Shown: piece by piece, positions 17,902 through 28,438 of the stretch
How positions within the stretch are numbered: position 1 is the first letter of the stretch
How the letters are laid out: each line of letters begins with the position of its first letter
DNA from: Candidatus Buchananbacteria bacterium
GTDB taxonomy: Bacteria; Patescibacteriota; Patescibacteriia; Buchananbacterales; UBA6539
DNA: 64,000 nucleotides
NCBI GenBank assembly: GCA_013359225.1
Contig: JABWCG010000001.1
Span: 206,362 to 270,361, forward strand
Direction: 5' to 3'
Notes under the pieces: model-generated
What the model was told of the DNA's origin: nothing
The model's database searches: none
The model's input: only the letters and a program-made list of their open reading frames with translations
Program-made: the position numbers and the translations under genes

Positions 17902-18714
17902 ATGCCAAAAGTTTCTGTTTTAATGCCGGCTCACAATGCATCGACTTACCTCGGTGAGTCGATTCAAAGTATTCTTAATCAAAATTTTAAAGATTTTGAG
18001 TTTGTTATTGTTGACGACGCTTCGACCGACGGTACGTGGTCGATACTTGAGCAGTATGCCGCTACTGATGATCGGATTAAAATTGTTCGTAATCAAGAAA
18101 ATTTAGGCATTGCCGCCACCAGAAACCGTTTGTTAGGTTTGGCAACCGGTGAATATATTGCCTGGCAGGACGCTGATGATATTTCGCAGCCATGGCGGTT
18201 GAATAAGCAGGTTAGTGTACTTGATCAAAACCCTCATATTGGCATCTGCGGCGGGTATCTGGAATTTTTTAATAAAAACAAAGTTTTAGGGGTTCGCCGT
18301 TATGCGGCAACTGACAAGATGCTGCGACAGAATATTTTTCGTTTTTCGCCGGTTGCTCAACCGGTTGCCATGATTCGCCGTGAAGCGATCAACCGCGCCG
18401 GTCATTTTGAATCCGGAATTGACGTTGCCGAAGATTTATTGATGTCTTTTAAAATTGGTCAGTGGTATCAATTTGCCAATGTTCCTGAGGTATTATTGCG
18501 ATATCGCCAACAGTCTAATTCCATTACGTTTAAAAAATTAAAAACGTTGGAATTAAATACCTTAAAAATCAGAAATGAATTTCGCACCAATCCGGCCTAT
18601 CAATTCAGGTTTGCTGATGCTGCCTATAACTTGTTGCAGTTAGTGACATTGTATCTTTCGCCGGTTAGTTTAAGAATTTGGCTATTTAATACTTTGCGCA
18701 ATTCAAAACGATGA
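17902..18714 (+). CDS. GT2 family glycosyltransferase
   Basis: VSVLMPAHN, VDDASTD, QDADD, AEDL. Confidence 0.9.
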   Translation: MPKVSVLMPAHNASTYLGESIQSILNQNFKDFEFVIVDDASTDGTWSILEQYAATDDRIKIVRNQENLGIAATRNRLLGLATGEYIAWQDADDISQPWRLNKQVSVLDQNPHIGICGGYLEFFNKNKVLGVRRYAATDKMLRQNIFRFSPVAQPVAMIRREAINRAGHFESGIDVAEDLLMSFKIGQWYQFANVPEVLLRYRQQSNSITFKKLKTLELNTLKIRNEFRTNPAYQFRFADAAYNLLQLVTLYLSPVSLRIWLFNTLRNSKR

Positions 18715-19544
18715 GTTCTCAAACGCCAAAGATTTCAGTTATTATGCCATTTTATAACGCGGCGGCGTTTTTAGCCCCGGCGTTAGAAAGTATTTTAAAT
18801 CAAACCTTTCGTGACTTTGAATTAATTTTAATTAATGATGCTTCAACTGATAATTCCGACCAGATTGTTCAGCGCTATTTAACCGACCAGCGTATCATTT
18901 ATATTAAAAATAAGGTTAATCAGGGGATTGTTTTTAATCTTAATCTGGCTTTACAGCGGGCTCAATCTGAAATTATCGCCCGCATGGATGGCGATGACGT
19001 TTGCGAACCGGATCGTTTTGCTAAACAGTATGAATTTTTGCAGCAGCATCCCGAGGTTGCGGCGGTTGGCAGCTTTATTAAAATTATTGATGAAAATGGA
19101 AAAATAATTGATCAACGGACTAAACCGGTTGATTTTGAACAGATGAAAAAGAAACTTCTGGTTTATTCGCCTGTCGTCCACGCCAGCTTATTGTACCGAA
19201 AATCAGCAGTTTTAGCCCTTGGCGGTTATCGTGATAAATATCTTTATTGCGAAGATATTGATTTGTTTTATCGCTTGGTCTATTCAGGACATATCTTAGC
19301 GAATATACCAGAATTTTTATATTATTATCGTTATCATCATGATTCGGTAGCTCATCGGTCAAAATTATTGGCCAAAAAAATGTTGTTACTTAGGCATGAA
19401 ACGATTACGAGTTTTAGTTTAAAGGTACCTAGAAAGCAGTGGTTGATGATCTATTTGCAATATTTTATCGGTATCGGGCTGTCTGGCCGTCAGCGGCAGA
19501 TGTTTGAAGGCTGGTATAAGAAAATTTTTTATCATGGTAAATAA
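18711..19544 (+). CDS. GT2 family glycosyltransferase
   Basis: ISVIMPFYN, INDASTD, MDGDD, CEDIDL; ATGA overlap with the upstream gene. Confidence 0.9.
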   Translation: MSSQTPKISVIMPFYNAAAFLAPALESILNQTFRDFELILINDASTDNSDQIVQRYLTDQRIIYIKNKVNQGIVFNLNLALQRAQSEIIARMDGDDVCEPDRFAKQYEFLQQHPEVAAVGSFIKIIDENGKIIDQRTKPVDFEQMKKKLLVYSPVVHASLLYRKSAVLALGGYRDKYLYCEDIDLFYRLVYSGHILANIPEFLYYYRYHHDSVAHRSKLLAKKMLLLRHETITSFSLKVPRKQWLMIYLQYFIGIGLSGRQRQMFEGWYKKIFYHGK

Positions 19545-21930
19545 TATTAAACAATTCATTTTTAAACATTGGGATTGGCTTGTCTTTGGCGTTCTAGCTT
19601 TGATGGCACTGGGGTATCTGATTGTTCAGCGCGGCGTCTGGGCATTTGCCGACAGCGGTTTTTATTATCCCACTCTCAGGCAGGCGCTGGAAGTTGCTTT
19701 GTCAAAGTTTGGCTTTTTCTCCAATACTGACGGTTTCTATTTTGGTTTTGACAGCAGTTCAATTAGCTTTTCTCATTTATTAGCTGCATTTTATCAGGTG
19801 ATTTTAACATTCTTGTTTGGCGCTGATCTTGGTCAGATTATGTATTATTTTTTGTATTATTTTTTGGCTTTTTATTTTGGCGCCAAGTTGTTAGAAACGC
19901 TGTTTCCTCATTTTGGTAAAACGGAAACCAAAATTGGTGCGTTATTTTTGGCGTTTAATCCGATTTCAATTTTGCTAGTAACGTTGTATGTCATCTCATA
20001 CGTTTATGTTGCTTTTATTATCTTTTTGTATGCATTTTTAAACTATCTCAAAGACGGGAAGATTAGGATGCTTGCTTTGTCGGCATGTTCCGGGATTTAT
20101 CTGCTGTCATATTTTCGGCTGATCCCGATTGTTATCGTTACCTGTTTGATGATTGGTTTTATTTTTTTTGATAAAAAATATTTTAAGCCCGAACGATTTT
20201 TTTTGGCGCTGGCGATTTTTATTTTGGTCGGTAGCCCATTCATTGTTGGCAACGTTTTATCATTCACCAGTTCGGAAAACGTGGTTGGGTATTACCAGGA
20301 GGCTTTTGATAAATATACTAAGGCCAATTATGAATTCAAGAGCTCGTTTATCAACGCATTTGCTAATCCCGGAGGTTTTACTCCCTCAACGTTGAGTTTT
20401 TTCTATAATAACCGGGGTTTGCCGGGGTTTGCCGACAATTTCGCGGTCAAGGATTCTTTTGAGTTTTATAAAGCTATCCAAATTATTTTTAACATTGGCT
20501 TATTAATTTTAGCGTTGGTATTGTTTAAAAACAAAACCAATCTGAAGATTATTGCTTTGATTTTAGTGGTATTTTTAATAAATACTTTGGGATTTTTTTC
20601 CGATGAACATTTTTTCAACCTAGCCAATAACAGTTTTTTGGTTTTTTTGTACAACGATTACGGTTTTATGCAATTTACCCAGAGTTTTTTGTATGCTTTT
20701 TTGATTGCTATTGTGCTGTTTGAAACCGGACGGCACCACCATCAGTTTAAAAAGACGTTATTCGCCGGAATGATTGTTTTGTATTTATTGGTTAATTTAT
20801 TGCCGCTACTGTCGGGGCATTATGGGCTCAAGAAAGTGGGTGATATTCCCGAAAGTTACCAAAAAACATTTTTTACACCCAAATCCTATGGGTTTAAGGA
20901 AGCGTCGCTTTTCACGCCGTACCACTGGCTTAATTTTGAGTGGTCGCCTTATTTTTTGGATTTTAATGTTTTCCCTTATTCTAAATACAAGAGTTTAGTG
21001 ATCCCGAATTTACGGTTATTGGATAATAATTTTGTGGAATTTTATAACCGCATTTATGAAGATTTCAAACGGCCGGGTCTGTCTAATTTGTTTATATTTA
21101 ACATTAAAAATATTTTTGCTTTTCATGATGTTGTTGATGCTAATAAAAATATTGACACATATAAAGTCGTCAATTTGGAAAATAACAGCCAAAAAATCAA
21201 CAATGAACTAATTCATCGTTCGGATTTGAATGTTGTCGAGAGCAACTATCACTTTACTCATTATCGGTTTGCCAGTGCTGATGATTTTGATTATTTTATC
21301 TATTCGCCAAAATCTATTTTGGATGTCGGTTTTGAAAATTTTTACCTTAAAAATTTTGATTTAAGCAGCAAGCCGGTGTTATTAAATAAAGATGAATATA
21401 ATCTGGTTAATACGATTAAAGACATTAATTTTGAACTTAATTCACCGTATATTTTTGTTAAAGCCTCGCCGAATAATTCAAACAAGTATTACCTTAAATT
21501 GAAAGTTAATAAAAATTATCCGTTTTTAATTCAGCTTAATCAGACTTTTTCTCCGTTTTGGAGGCTGTATTTTGTTGATCAAAAAACTTGGGATCAGATA
21601 TCATGTCAGTCGCAGTGGCAGGAATATTGGCTGACTCAGAATAGCAAGTGTGCCGTTGGCGGTACAGCGCTTGATTTTAGGGATTTTGGTCTGCTTGATA
21701 ATAAATTTTTGAAGCGCGAAAACCATTTACGGGGAAACTTAGCTGGCAACGCTTTTTTAATCACGCCGCAGGATATTCCAGACGAATTTCAGGACGGTGA
21801 AGATTTATATTTAGTGTTATACTTCAATAAGCAGCTTTATTATATTATTACTTTGTTGATTTCCGCATCTGTTCTGTTAGTGCTGATAGTGTTTACCATT
21901 GTTCAAAAGAAATATGAAAATCATCGTTAG
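19534..21930 (+). CDS. Polytopic membrane protein, GT-C-like (YfhO/AftD-like architecture)
   Basis: More than 10 TM segments, acidic residue after TM1 (WAFADSGF), FLAFNP, large soluble domain, C-terminal TM. Confidence 0.6.
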   Translation: MVNNIKQFIFKHWDWLVFGVLALMALGYLIVQRGVWAFADSGFYYPTLRQALEVALSKFGFFSNTDGFYFGFDSSSISFSHLLAAFYQVILTFLFGADLGQIMYYFLYYFLAFYFGAKLLETLFPHFGKTETKIGALFLAFNPISILLVTLYVISYVYVAFIIFLYAFLNYLKDGKIRMLALSACSGIYLLSYFRLIPIVIVTCLMIGFIFFDKKYFKPERFFLALAIFILVGSPFIVGNVLSFTSSENVVGYYQEAFDKYTKANYEFKSSFINAFANPGGFTPSTLSFFYNNRGLPGFADNFAVKDSFEFYKAIQIIFNIGLLILALVLFKNKTNLKIIALILVVFLINTLGFFSDEHFFNLANNSFLVFLYNDYGFMQFTQSFLYAFLIAIVLFETGRHHHQFKKTLFAGMIVLYLLVNLLPLLSGHYGLKKVGDIPESYQKTFFTPKSYGFKEASLFTPYHWLNFEWSPYFLDFNVFPYSKYKSLVIPNLRLLDNNFVEFYNRIYEDFKRPGLSNLFIFNIKNIFAFHDVVDANKNIDTYKVVNLENNSQKINNELIHRSDLNVVESNYHFTHYRFASADDFDYFIYSPKSILDVGFENFYLKNFDLSSKPVLLNKDEYNLVNTIKDINFELNSPYIFVKASPNNSNKYYLKLKVNKNYPFLIQLNQTFSPFWRLYFVDQKTWDQISCQSQWQEYWLTQNSKCAVGGTALDFRDFGLLDNKFLKRENHLRGNLAGNAFLITPQDIPDEFQDGEDLYLVLYFNKQLYYIITLLISASVLLVLIVFTIVQKKYENHR

Positions 21931-24055
21931 AAAAATTATCCTAGTATTATCAGTATTAACCTTGATCGGTTATGTCAGTTTTGGTGTGGTTAGTAAAAAG
22001 ATTAATTTTATTTATCAGCCATTCCGTGCTGACCATTTGTCGTTGGCGTTTACGGCAACTGATAGTCGAGCCGAACAGGTGCCGTATTTATTGGCAGATA
22101 TTAAAGAGTTAAAGAATGGCAATAATTCCACGGGTGTAATTTTATATAATGATATTAATAAGCAAAAGAATTTAAGTGTTATTGCCTCAATGGCAGACGA
22201 CATTTATATTAGCTTATTTAACCAGTCGCAATTAACCGACGACTTGTCATCAAAATTCAATAATAATATTAATATTGCTTTTCCGTTTGATTTGAGATTT
22301 CATCTGGCGCACGACAGTAACGTGACTTTGAAATATGATAAAGTAAATCAGTCGCTGAATTTAGTTTACAAGGGTCAAACGCTGCAGATCAACGATGATT
22401 TAAAGAGTTTTGACGATTTTGTTATTTATCGCTTGCCAGGCATTAGTCCTGACAGTTTAATTAAAGTCGGTGAGCTGGTTGTTAATTTGGCAACATATCC
22501 TAACGATTTAAGCGTGCCGTTGGACCAATTAACTTCGCAGTCTTTTGAAATCTATCGATCGGCCGACCAAAATTTATTGGTTTCACAAAACTATTCTTTC
22601 GAGCAGGGTCGCTGGACTCCGCAAGTCGGGGATTGCAGCGCGTATTTGCCTGGAGATGCGGCAATAAAAATGGACTTAATTGGCAATCCAAGCGGTGGCC
22701 AGGCGCTAAAAATCTCTTCAACTAATCACTATGCCTGTACCTTTAAGCCGTTTAGTGTCAGCCTTAATACAAACCTGTTGTATGTTTTTTCTTTTGACTA
22801 TCAAAATCTGACAGGTGATGAAATTCGATACTACCTTTATTTAAAAAACCAAATTGATCAAACACAGGAGAAATTTGATTCATTTAATGCCCAGGATCGT
22901 AATTGGCATAAATATCAAACCGTTATCAAGCCAACCATTGACCAGGCGGATGAAATGACTGTTTATGTTTACGCACCGTCGGAAGGTGATCGCGAGATAA
23001 CAAACGTCTATGACAATTTTCAACTTGGTTCATACGTGCTTGATCGAACAGTTACTCTTGAAGGTTTAAAAACTGATACCAACTACGGTACCAATAATGT
23101 GGTTACTCTAAAAGTCGGTGAAAATAATTTTAGATTTCCTCGAACTACCACAAATCTGTTGAAAGATTTCAACCCCTCATTTGAACAGGGCTTGTGGGAT
23201 CAGGAGGCCGGGGACTGCAGCAACTACCTTGACGGCAAACCTCAGTTTTTGATGATGTCTGACATACGTGCTACTGACGGGGAAAAATCATTGCGCTTAT
23301 CATCGGCCAATCATTTTGCCTGCACGATTCGTTCATTTCCCATTGTTTTGACTTCGGATATGTTGTATAAATTAAGCTTTGATTATAAATCAATTGAAGG
23401 CGACAAGGTTCAGTATTACTACACCATCAAAAATGATTTTGGTCAGGTGCAGGAAAAATTTGATTCGTTTGAGGGTTTAGACCCGGCCTGGCAGCGGTTT
23501 GAAGAAATTATTGACCCAAAGATTGTTGATGCTAACAATTTTGATTTTTATTTTTATGCTCCTTCGGACGGTTCGGTAAAAATTACAAATCTTTATGATA
23601 ATCTGCGGCTTGAGGAATTTGCGCCAAAAGAAATATTTTCTTACTTTTTATATTTTAATCAGCCTGAGAAAAACAGCAACAACAATTCATCTACTATCAT
23701 TATAAGTTCCGACAGCATTTGGCGCCACGCGGTTGACTTAAAAAATATCAACAGTTCTTTTCTGCTTGTGTACCCGGAACAGTATGATGATTCCTGGAAA
23801 TTACATACTGCTCAAAATACATTTACCATTGCTGACAACCTTCATTTTGAAATTGACGGCCATGGCAACGGCTGGTGGATTTCAGTTTTTGACCTTTGTA
23901 TTGATAAAAAGATATGCGAGCAGAACGCTGACGGTAGTTATAATATGTCGTTAGTGATTGAAAATACTAAATTTAAAAAACTACAATTGGTATTTTTTGC
24001 TTTGTTGTTTATCGAGTTTATTATCTTGTTATTTAGTTATGGCAAAAGAAAGTAA
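21914..24055 (+). CDS. Membrane-anchored protein with two tandem carbohydrate-binding-like domains
   Basis: Two roughly 150-aa repeats N.SFEQG.W...GDC...NH(Y/F)AC...SFDY...YAPS.G...ITN.YDN; N- and C-terminal TM. Confidence 0.7.
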   Translation: MKIIVRKIILVLSVLTLIGYVSFGVVSKKINFIYQPFRADHLSLAFTATDSRAEQVPYLLADIKELKNGNNSTGVILYNDINKQKNLSVIASMADDIYISLFNQSQLTDDLSSKFNNNINIAFPFDLRFHLAHDSNVTLKYDKVNQSLNLVYKGQTLQINDDLKSFDDFVIYRLPGISPDSLIKVGELVVNLATYPNDLSVPLDQLTSQSFEIYRSADQNLLVSQNYSFEQGRWTPQVGDCSAYLPGDAAIKMDLIGNPSGGQALKISSTNHYACTFKPFSVSLNTNLLYVFSFDYQNLTGDEIRYYLYLKNQIDQTQEKFDSFNAQDRNWHKYQTVIKPTIDQADEMTVYVYAPSEGDREITNVYDNFQLGSYVLDRTVTLEGLKTDTNYGTNNVVTLKVGENNFRFPRTTTNLLKDFNPSFEQGLWDQEAGDCSNYLDGKPQFLMMSDIRATDGEKSLRLSSANHFACTIRSFPIVLTSDMLYKLSFDYKSIEGDKVQYYYTIKNDFGQVQEKFDSFEGLDPAWQRFEEIIDPKIVDANNFDFYFYAPSDGSVKITNLYDNLRLEEFAPKEIFSYFLYFNQPEKNSNNNSSTIIISSDSIWRHAVDLKNINSSFLLVYPEQYDDSWKLHTAQNTFTIADNLHFEIDGHGNGWWISVFDLCIDKKICEQNADGSYNMSLVIENTKFKKLQLVFFALLFIEFIILLFSYGKRK

Positions 24056-24767
24056 ACAATTGAAGATAAATTTTCGGCGTAACTACCGGGTTTTAACCTT
24101 CGCCACTTTAGGATTATTGGCTTTTTGTTTTCTATTTTTAGTGATGGCCGATAATGATCTTGCCAATATTGTTGCGGCTTTCATCTATCTTTTTTTGTCA
24201 TTGTTAGTGGTATTGCAAATTTTTGAATACCTGTGGCAGCCGGAAATTTTTGATCGTGCGCCGTCCGATAAGAAGTCAGTTCTGGTTGAACGAATCAGTC
24301 TTTTAAAATCGCGCGAATACCGCAGCACATATCAAAAACGCTACTGGCGTTGGCAGCGGGTTATTAATTTAGCGGTTATGGTGGTTTTCTTTGTGGTTTT
24401 TGGTGTTACTGCTTCAATTTTTAAAAATTTCTGGAGCTTGGTTTCGTTAGTGCTTGTTTTAACTGTTGTAAACTTTTTGTTGTTTTACTATGATTTTGCA
24501 GATCCAAATAATTTTGTTACCAAGCGCGTGGGTAATTATTTAAAATCAACTAGCCGCGAGAACTATGAAATATTCAGGCAGTACTTTTCCAAACGAAACA
24601 ACGTCTTGATTTTAATTGTTAATTTTTGCGTCTTAATGATGTTTTTGATGTTATTTGGCTTTAGTCTGGTTAATTACGGAAAGTTACTCTCATTTGGATT
24701 TATTTTATTTATCATTAACAGTGTTTTAATTCTTGATGCTAAAAATGATGAAGAATATTACCGATAA
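24039..24767 (+). CDS. Hypothetical membrane protein (about 6 TM)
   Basis: Three pairs of hydrophobic segments; overlaps both neighbours. Confidence 0.65.
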   Translation: MAKESKQLKINFRRNYRVLTFATLGLLAFCFLFLVMADNDLANIVAAFIYLFLSLLVVLQIFEYLWQPEIFDRAPSDKKSVLVERISLLKSREYRSTYQKRYWRWQRVINLAVMVVFFVVFGVTASIFKNFWSLVSLVLVLTVVNFLLFYYDFADPNNFVTKRVGNYLKSTSRENYEIFRQYFSKRNNVLILIVNFCVLMMFLMLFGFSLVNYGKLLSFGFILFIINSVLILDAKNDEEYYR

Positions 24768-26430
24768 TATTAAGGCCGACGGATTGGCAATTAGCTTTTT
24801 TCTGGTTGTTACCGTAATCATTTTGTGGCAGTTGCTATTGCCTGGCTACATTTTGACGCTTGATATGGTTTTTACGCCCCAACTACGAGCATATCTTGAG
24901 CCGGGAAGTTTTAGTAACCTTATGCCAATTAAATTTATTTTAGTCGTTATCAATGCGTTATTGCCATCGTGGGTAATTCAAAAAATTATTTTGCTTTCAA
25001 TTTTCTTTTGTTCTGGGTATTTGGCTTACAAATTTTTGCCGGTGCCAAAAACATACGGGGCTTCACTGTGGGCGGGGTTGATGTATATGGCAAACCCGTT
25101 TGTGTATCAAAGGCTATTAGCCGGCCAGTGGCTTGTTTTGCTGGCATATATATTTTTACCGTTGTTGCTTCATCTTATTTTTTGCTATGGAATCAAACCA
25201 AATTTTCAGAATGCTCTAAAATTGGCAACCATTCTATTTGTTATTAGTTTATGTTCGCTGCATTTTTTGGTTATTGGTTTGATCGCCGGATCAATTATTT
25301 TAATAATTCATTTGTCACGTGAAATTTATTCTGGAAACCGATCATACCTCAAAAACTTTTTTATCAATACAGCGGTTTTGGGTGCTGCATTGCTGATTGC
25401 TAGTAGTTTTTGGCTAGTGCCCTTTTTATTGAACCAATCTCAATCAATTATTACAACGATTGATCAGCGTGATTTTTCAGCGTTTGCCACTGCTGGTGAT
25501 CCAAGGCTTGGAACGCTGTTTAATGTTTTTTCACTTTACGGTTTTTGGGCAGAAGCTTTGGCCTGGTCTGGCTACTTTTTGTGGCCTAAGACGAACTTCA
25601 TTTTTTGGTTGCTGGTATTAGCGGCATTGGCTATTGTCATTCTAATCGGCATCGTAAAAACATTGCGCGGCCAAAATAAAATTCAGGGAATTAGTTTTTT
25701 GGCGCTAACAATTGTTGCAGCTATTTTATCTGTTGGAATGGGGGAGAGTATTTTTAAAAATATCAACCAGTGGATTTTTAATCATTTTTGGTTTTGGTCG
25801 GGGTTACGCGATACACAAAAGTTTAGCGCTTTATTAGTGGCAGGCTACGCTTATTTTGGCGGGGTTGGATTTTTTGTCTTAGTCGAAAAGGCAAAAAAGT
25901 TTTTTGCTAAAACAGACGTGGTGATTTTTGCGTTGATGATTTTGCCGGTGCTGTATACTTATACGTTATTTGGCGGTCTTGCTCGGCAGTTGCAACCAGT
26001 GTGGTATCCGGCTAGTTGGCAGGAGACCGTTAAGATTTTAGAAGCTGATCCGTCAGAATATAGAGTGCTATTTTTACCTTGGCACCAGTATTTGTCTTTT
26101 GATTTTAACCGAAAACTGCTGATTCAAAATCCGGCAAAAGATTATTTTGGGCCGAAAATCATTCAGGGTGAAAATATGGAGCTTGAATCAATTTATAGCA
26201 AGAATATCAACCAAGAGGTTGAGGGAGTGCAGCAGGTTTTGGCCATGTCAGGCGTTGATTCAACCGATCAAATTATTGAAAATTTGGCTAAATTTAGCAT
26301 AAAATATATTATTTTTAGCCATGATTTAGATGAAGTCAGCCAGCCGATAGATTTTGATCCGGCAACGTCCAGTAAGGTGCGCTTGGTTAAGGATTTTGGT
26401 GACTTGACAATATACGAAATTATGTTATAA
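24748..26430 (+). CDS. Polytopic membrane protein, GT-C-like
   Basis: PGYILTLDMVF after TM1, MANPFVYQRLLAGQ, GLRDTQKF, RVLFLPW; many TM segments. Confidence 0.65.
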   Translation: MKNITDNIKADGLAISFFLVVTVIILWQLLLPGYILTLDMVFTPQLRAYLEPGSFSNLMPIKFILVVINALLPSWVIQKIILLSIFFCSGYLAYKFLPVPKTYGASLWAGLMYMANPFVYQRLLAGQWLVLLAYIFLPLLLHLIFCYGIKPNFQNALKLATILFVISLCSLHFLVIGLIAGSIILIIHLSREIYSGNRSYLKNFFINTAVLGAALLIASSFWLVPFLLNQSQSIITTIDQRDFSAFATAGDPRLGTLFNVFSLYGFWAEALAWSGYFLWPKTNFIFWLLVLAALAIVILIGIVKTLRGQNKIQGISFLALTIVAAILSVGMGESIFKNINQWIFNHFWFWSGLRDTQKFSALLVAGYAYFGGVGFFVLVEKAKKFFAKTDVVIFALMILPVLYTYTLFGGLARQLQPVWYPASWQETVKILEADPSEYRVLFLPWHQYLSFDFNRKLLIQNPAKDYFGPKIIQGENMELESIYSKNINQEVEGVQQVLAMSGVDSTDQIIENLAKFSIKYIIFSHDLDEVSQPIDFDPATSSKVRLVKDFGDLTIYEIML

Positions 26431-26480
26431 GATGATAAACTATTTTAAGAAAGTAGTTATTTAATATAAGGAAAAATATC

Positions 26481-28355
26481 ATGAAAGAATTAATCAACAT
26501 CGCGCGTAAGCATATCGTTTTAACCTTGCTGTCGGCTGCTGCCATCGTAGCGGTTACCGGTCAGCTTGGCATTGGTGAATTTTTGAATAACCGTTCAGCC
26601 TATGGGTATGGCGGCGGCTTGGGTTATTTAATTAGACCGATTATTTCAATTAACCGGCCATTATTAATTCCCGAAGCTGGTCGTGAAGGACAGTTATTTA
26701 AACACTTTACGGATGCTACTGTTAAAGTTGAAGTTCCGCCGCGAGCTGTTGCTGGTTATGCCTTGTTTGATGTTGATCAGCTTATTATTGGTGCTGGTGA
26801 TAATGTTTGTAGCGGTAGTGGCGAAATTATTGGTAACAAGGCTTTTACCGTCAAGGCCACAAATCAAAATGGCAGTTCAATCAATACCTTTGAAGACAAT
26901 CTTATTGTTTCAATCACTATGCCGGGTTTGCCGGTTAATTCCTCAAATCTTGGGGTATATTATTTCAACACTAACCATCAGTGGGTGTACGGCGCTCCGG
27001 CAGTATTTAATGTTGAAAACAGTGAAGTCACTTTCCAAATTCGGGACCTGGGAACTTTTGCCATTATCAACGCTTCAGGTTTGCCGCGCTTGATTGAGTC
27101 AGAAACCCGCTGTCAGGGCGTGGTGCTTGGTGTTAAAGATTTTGAAGAGGGTGCAATTTTAAGAACTTGTGATGCTCAGATGTATGAAATTCAGAATAAT
27201 CAAGCGGTCAGTATCGGCCGATTGGATTTAATCAACCGAACTTATGAAAGTAAACCGGTTAATGACGTTGACTACGATGTAATCGTTCGTTATACCAAAC
27301 CAGGAACTGAACCAGTTAGTCGTCAAAAGAATTTTTCTGATGGAGAATTATTGCGAACTTGTGACTGGAAAATTTATCGTATTGAGGGTGATGGATTCCG
27401 TCACATTAAAACCTACACGGAACTTCAGAAATATTGGGAAGGACAAACTATCAATAACGTTGATTATTGGCAGATTGCCAAATACCGCAACTTGGATTAC
27501 AGCCCAGACAGCTTAACGCCAGGACAGCAGTCTCAGGTGCTGGGCGCTAAAACATATGCTAAAGGCACGTTTGTAAGAACTCCAGATAGCAAGGTTTATG
27601 TTGTTGAAGATTCAACGGTCCGGTTTGTTGTTGAATTGCCAAAGTCAACAAATCTATATACTGGAGCTCGAGTGATTGATATTGAGTTTGATGATTTAGT
27701 TGAACTTCGAACCGAATTGGCTGGTTCTGAAGCTCGGGTGCTCGGTGTTAAAAGTTATGGCGACGGTGCTCTGCTACGAACCCGTGATTGGAATGTATAC
27801 CGCGTTGAAGGTACCAAGATTCGCAAAGTTGGTGTTGTCGTCGGACCAAATGCCGACACTTTAAACGGCCAAAAAGTTATTGATGTTGACTATGCGACTT
27901 TGGCGTACTACACGAAAGTTGAAGATACGACCGTTGCCGCCCCGGCTGTAACCGGCGGCCAGGTGTTGGGCGTTAAGCAGTATGCCGACGGCACTTTATT
28001 GCGAGTCCCAGACGGCCGGGTTTTTGTGGTCCGAAACGGCAAACCGCAGCATATTGCCACTCTTGATGAATTAAACAAAAATTATCCCGGTGTCAAAATT
28101 ATCAGTATTACCACCGCTGAGCTAGACAATTTGATTAATGGTGCCTCTCAGGTAACCACCGGCGGGCGGGTATTAGGAGTCAAAAAGTATGGTGACGGTA
28201 GCTTGCTGAAGACGCCAGATTGGAAGCTTTATGAAGTAAAAGATGGGCGAGTTCATCATATTGCAACTATTCCGGGATCTCAGGATTTCTATCAGGGTAA
28301 AAAAATTAATCAGGTAACCTACGAGGAACTGGCCCAGTACGAACAGGCCCAGTAA
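26481..28355 (+). CDS. Secreted/surface protein with six roughly 70-aa repeats
   Basis: Signal-like N-terminus, YGYGGG, repeats (VLGVK).Y.DG.LLRT.D.K.Y.V..G. Confidence 0.8.
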   Translation: MKELINIARKHIVLTLLSAAAIVAVTGQLGIGEFLNNRSAYGYGGGLGYLIRPIISINRPLLIPEAGREGQLFKHFTDATVKVEVPPRAVAGYALFDVDQLIIGAGDNVCSGSGEIIGNKAFTVKATNQNGSSINTFEDNLIVSITMPGLPVNSSNLGVYYFNTNHQWVYGAPAVFNVENSEVTFQIRDLGTFAIINASGLPRLIESETRCQGVVLGVKDFEEGAILRTCDAQMYEIQNNQAVSIGRLDLINRTYESKPVNDVDYDVIVRYTKPGTEPVSRQKNFSDGELLRTCDWKIYRIEGDGFRHIKTYTELQKYWEGQTINNVDYWQIAKYRNLDYSPDSLTPGQQSQVLGAKTYAKGTFVRTPDSKVYVVEDSTVRFVVELPKSTNLYTGARVIDIEFDDLVELRTELAGSEARVLGVKSYGDGALLRTRDWNVYRVEGTKIRKVGVVVGPNADTLNGQKVIDVDYATLAYYTKVEDTTVAAPAVTGGQVLGVKQYADGTLLRVPDGRVFVVRNGKPQHIATLDELNKNYPGVKIISITTAELDNLINGASQVTTGGRVLGVKKYGDGSLLKTPDWKLYEVKDGRVHHIATIPGSQDFYQGKKINQVTYEELAQYEQAQ

Positions 28356-28369
28356 TAATGTATATTTTC

Positions 28370-28402
28370 AAATAGCCCCGAACGTTCGGGGCTATTTTTT
28401 TT
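28370..28402 (+). terminator. Intrinsic terminator
   Basis: AAATAGCCCCGAA/TTCGGGGCTATTT followed by a T run. Confidence 0.85.
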
Positions 28403-28438
28403 GGAATTTTTTATTTCAATGCTATACTATACGGTAGC

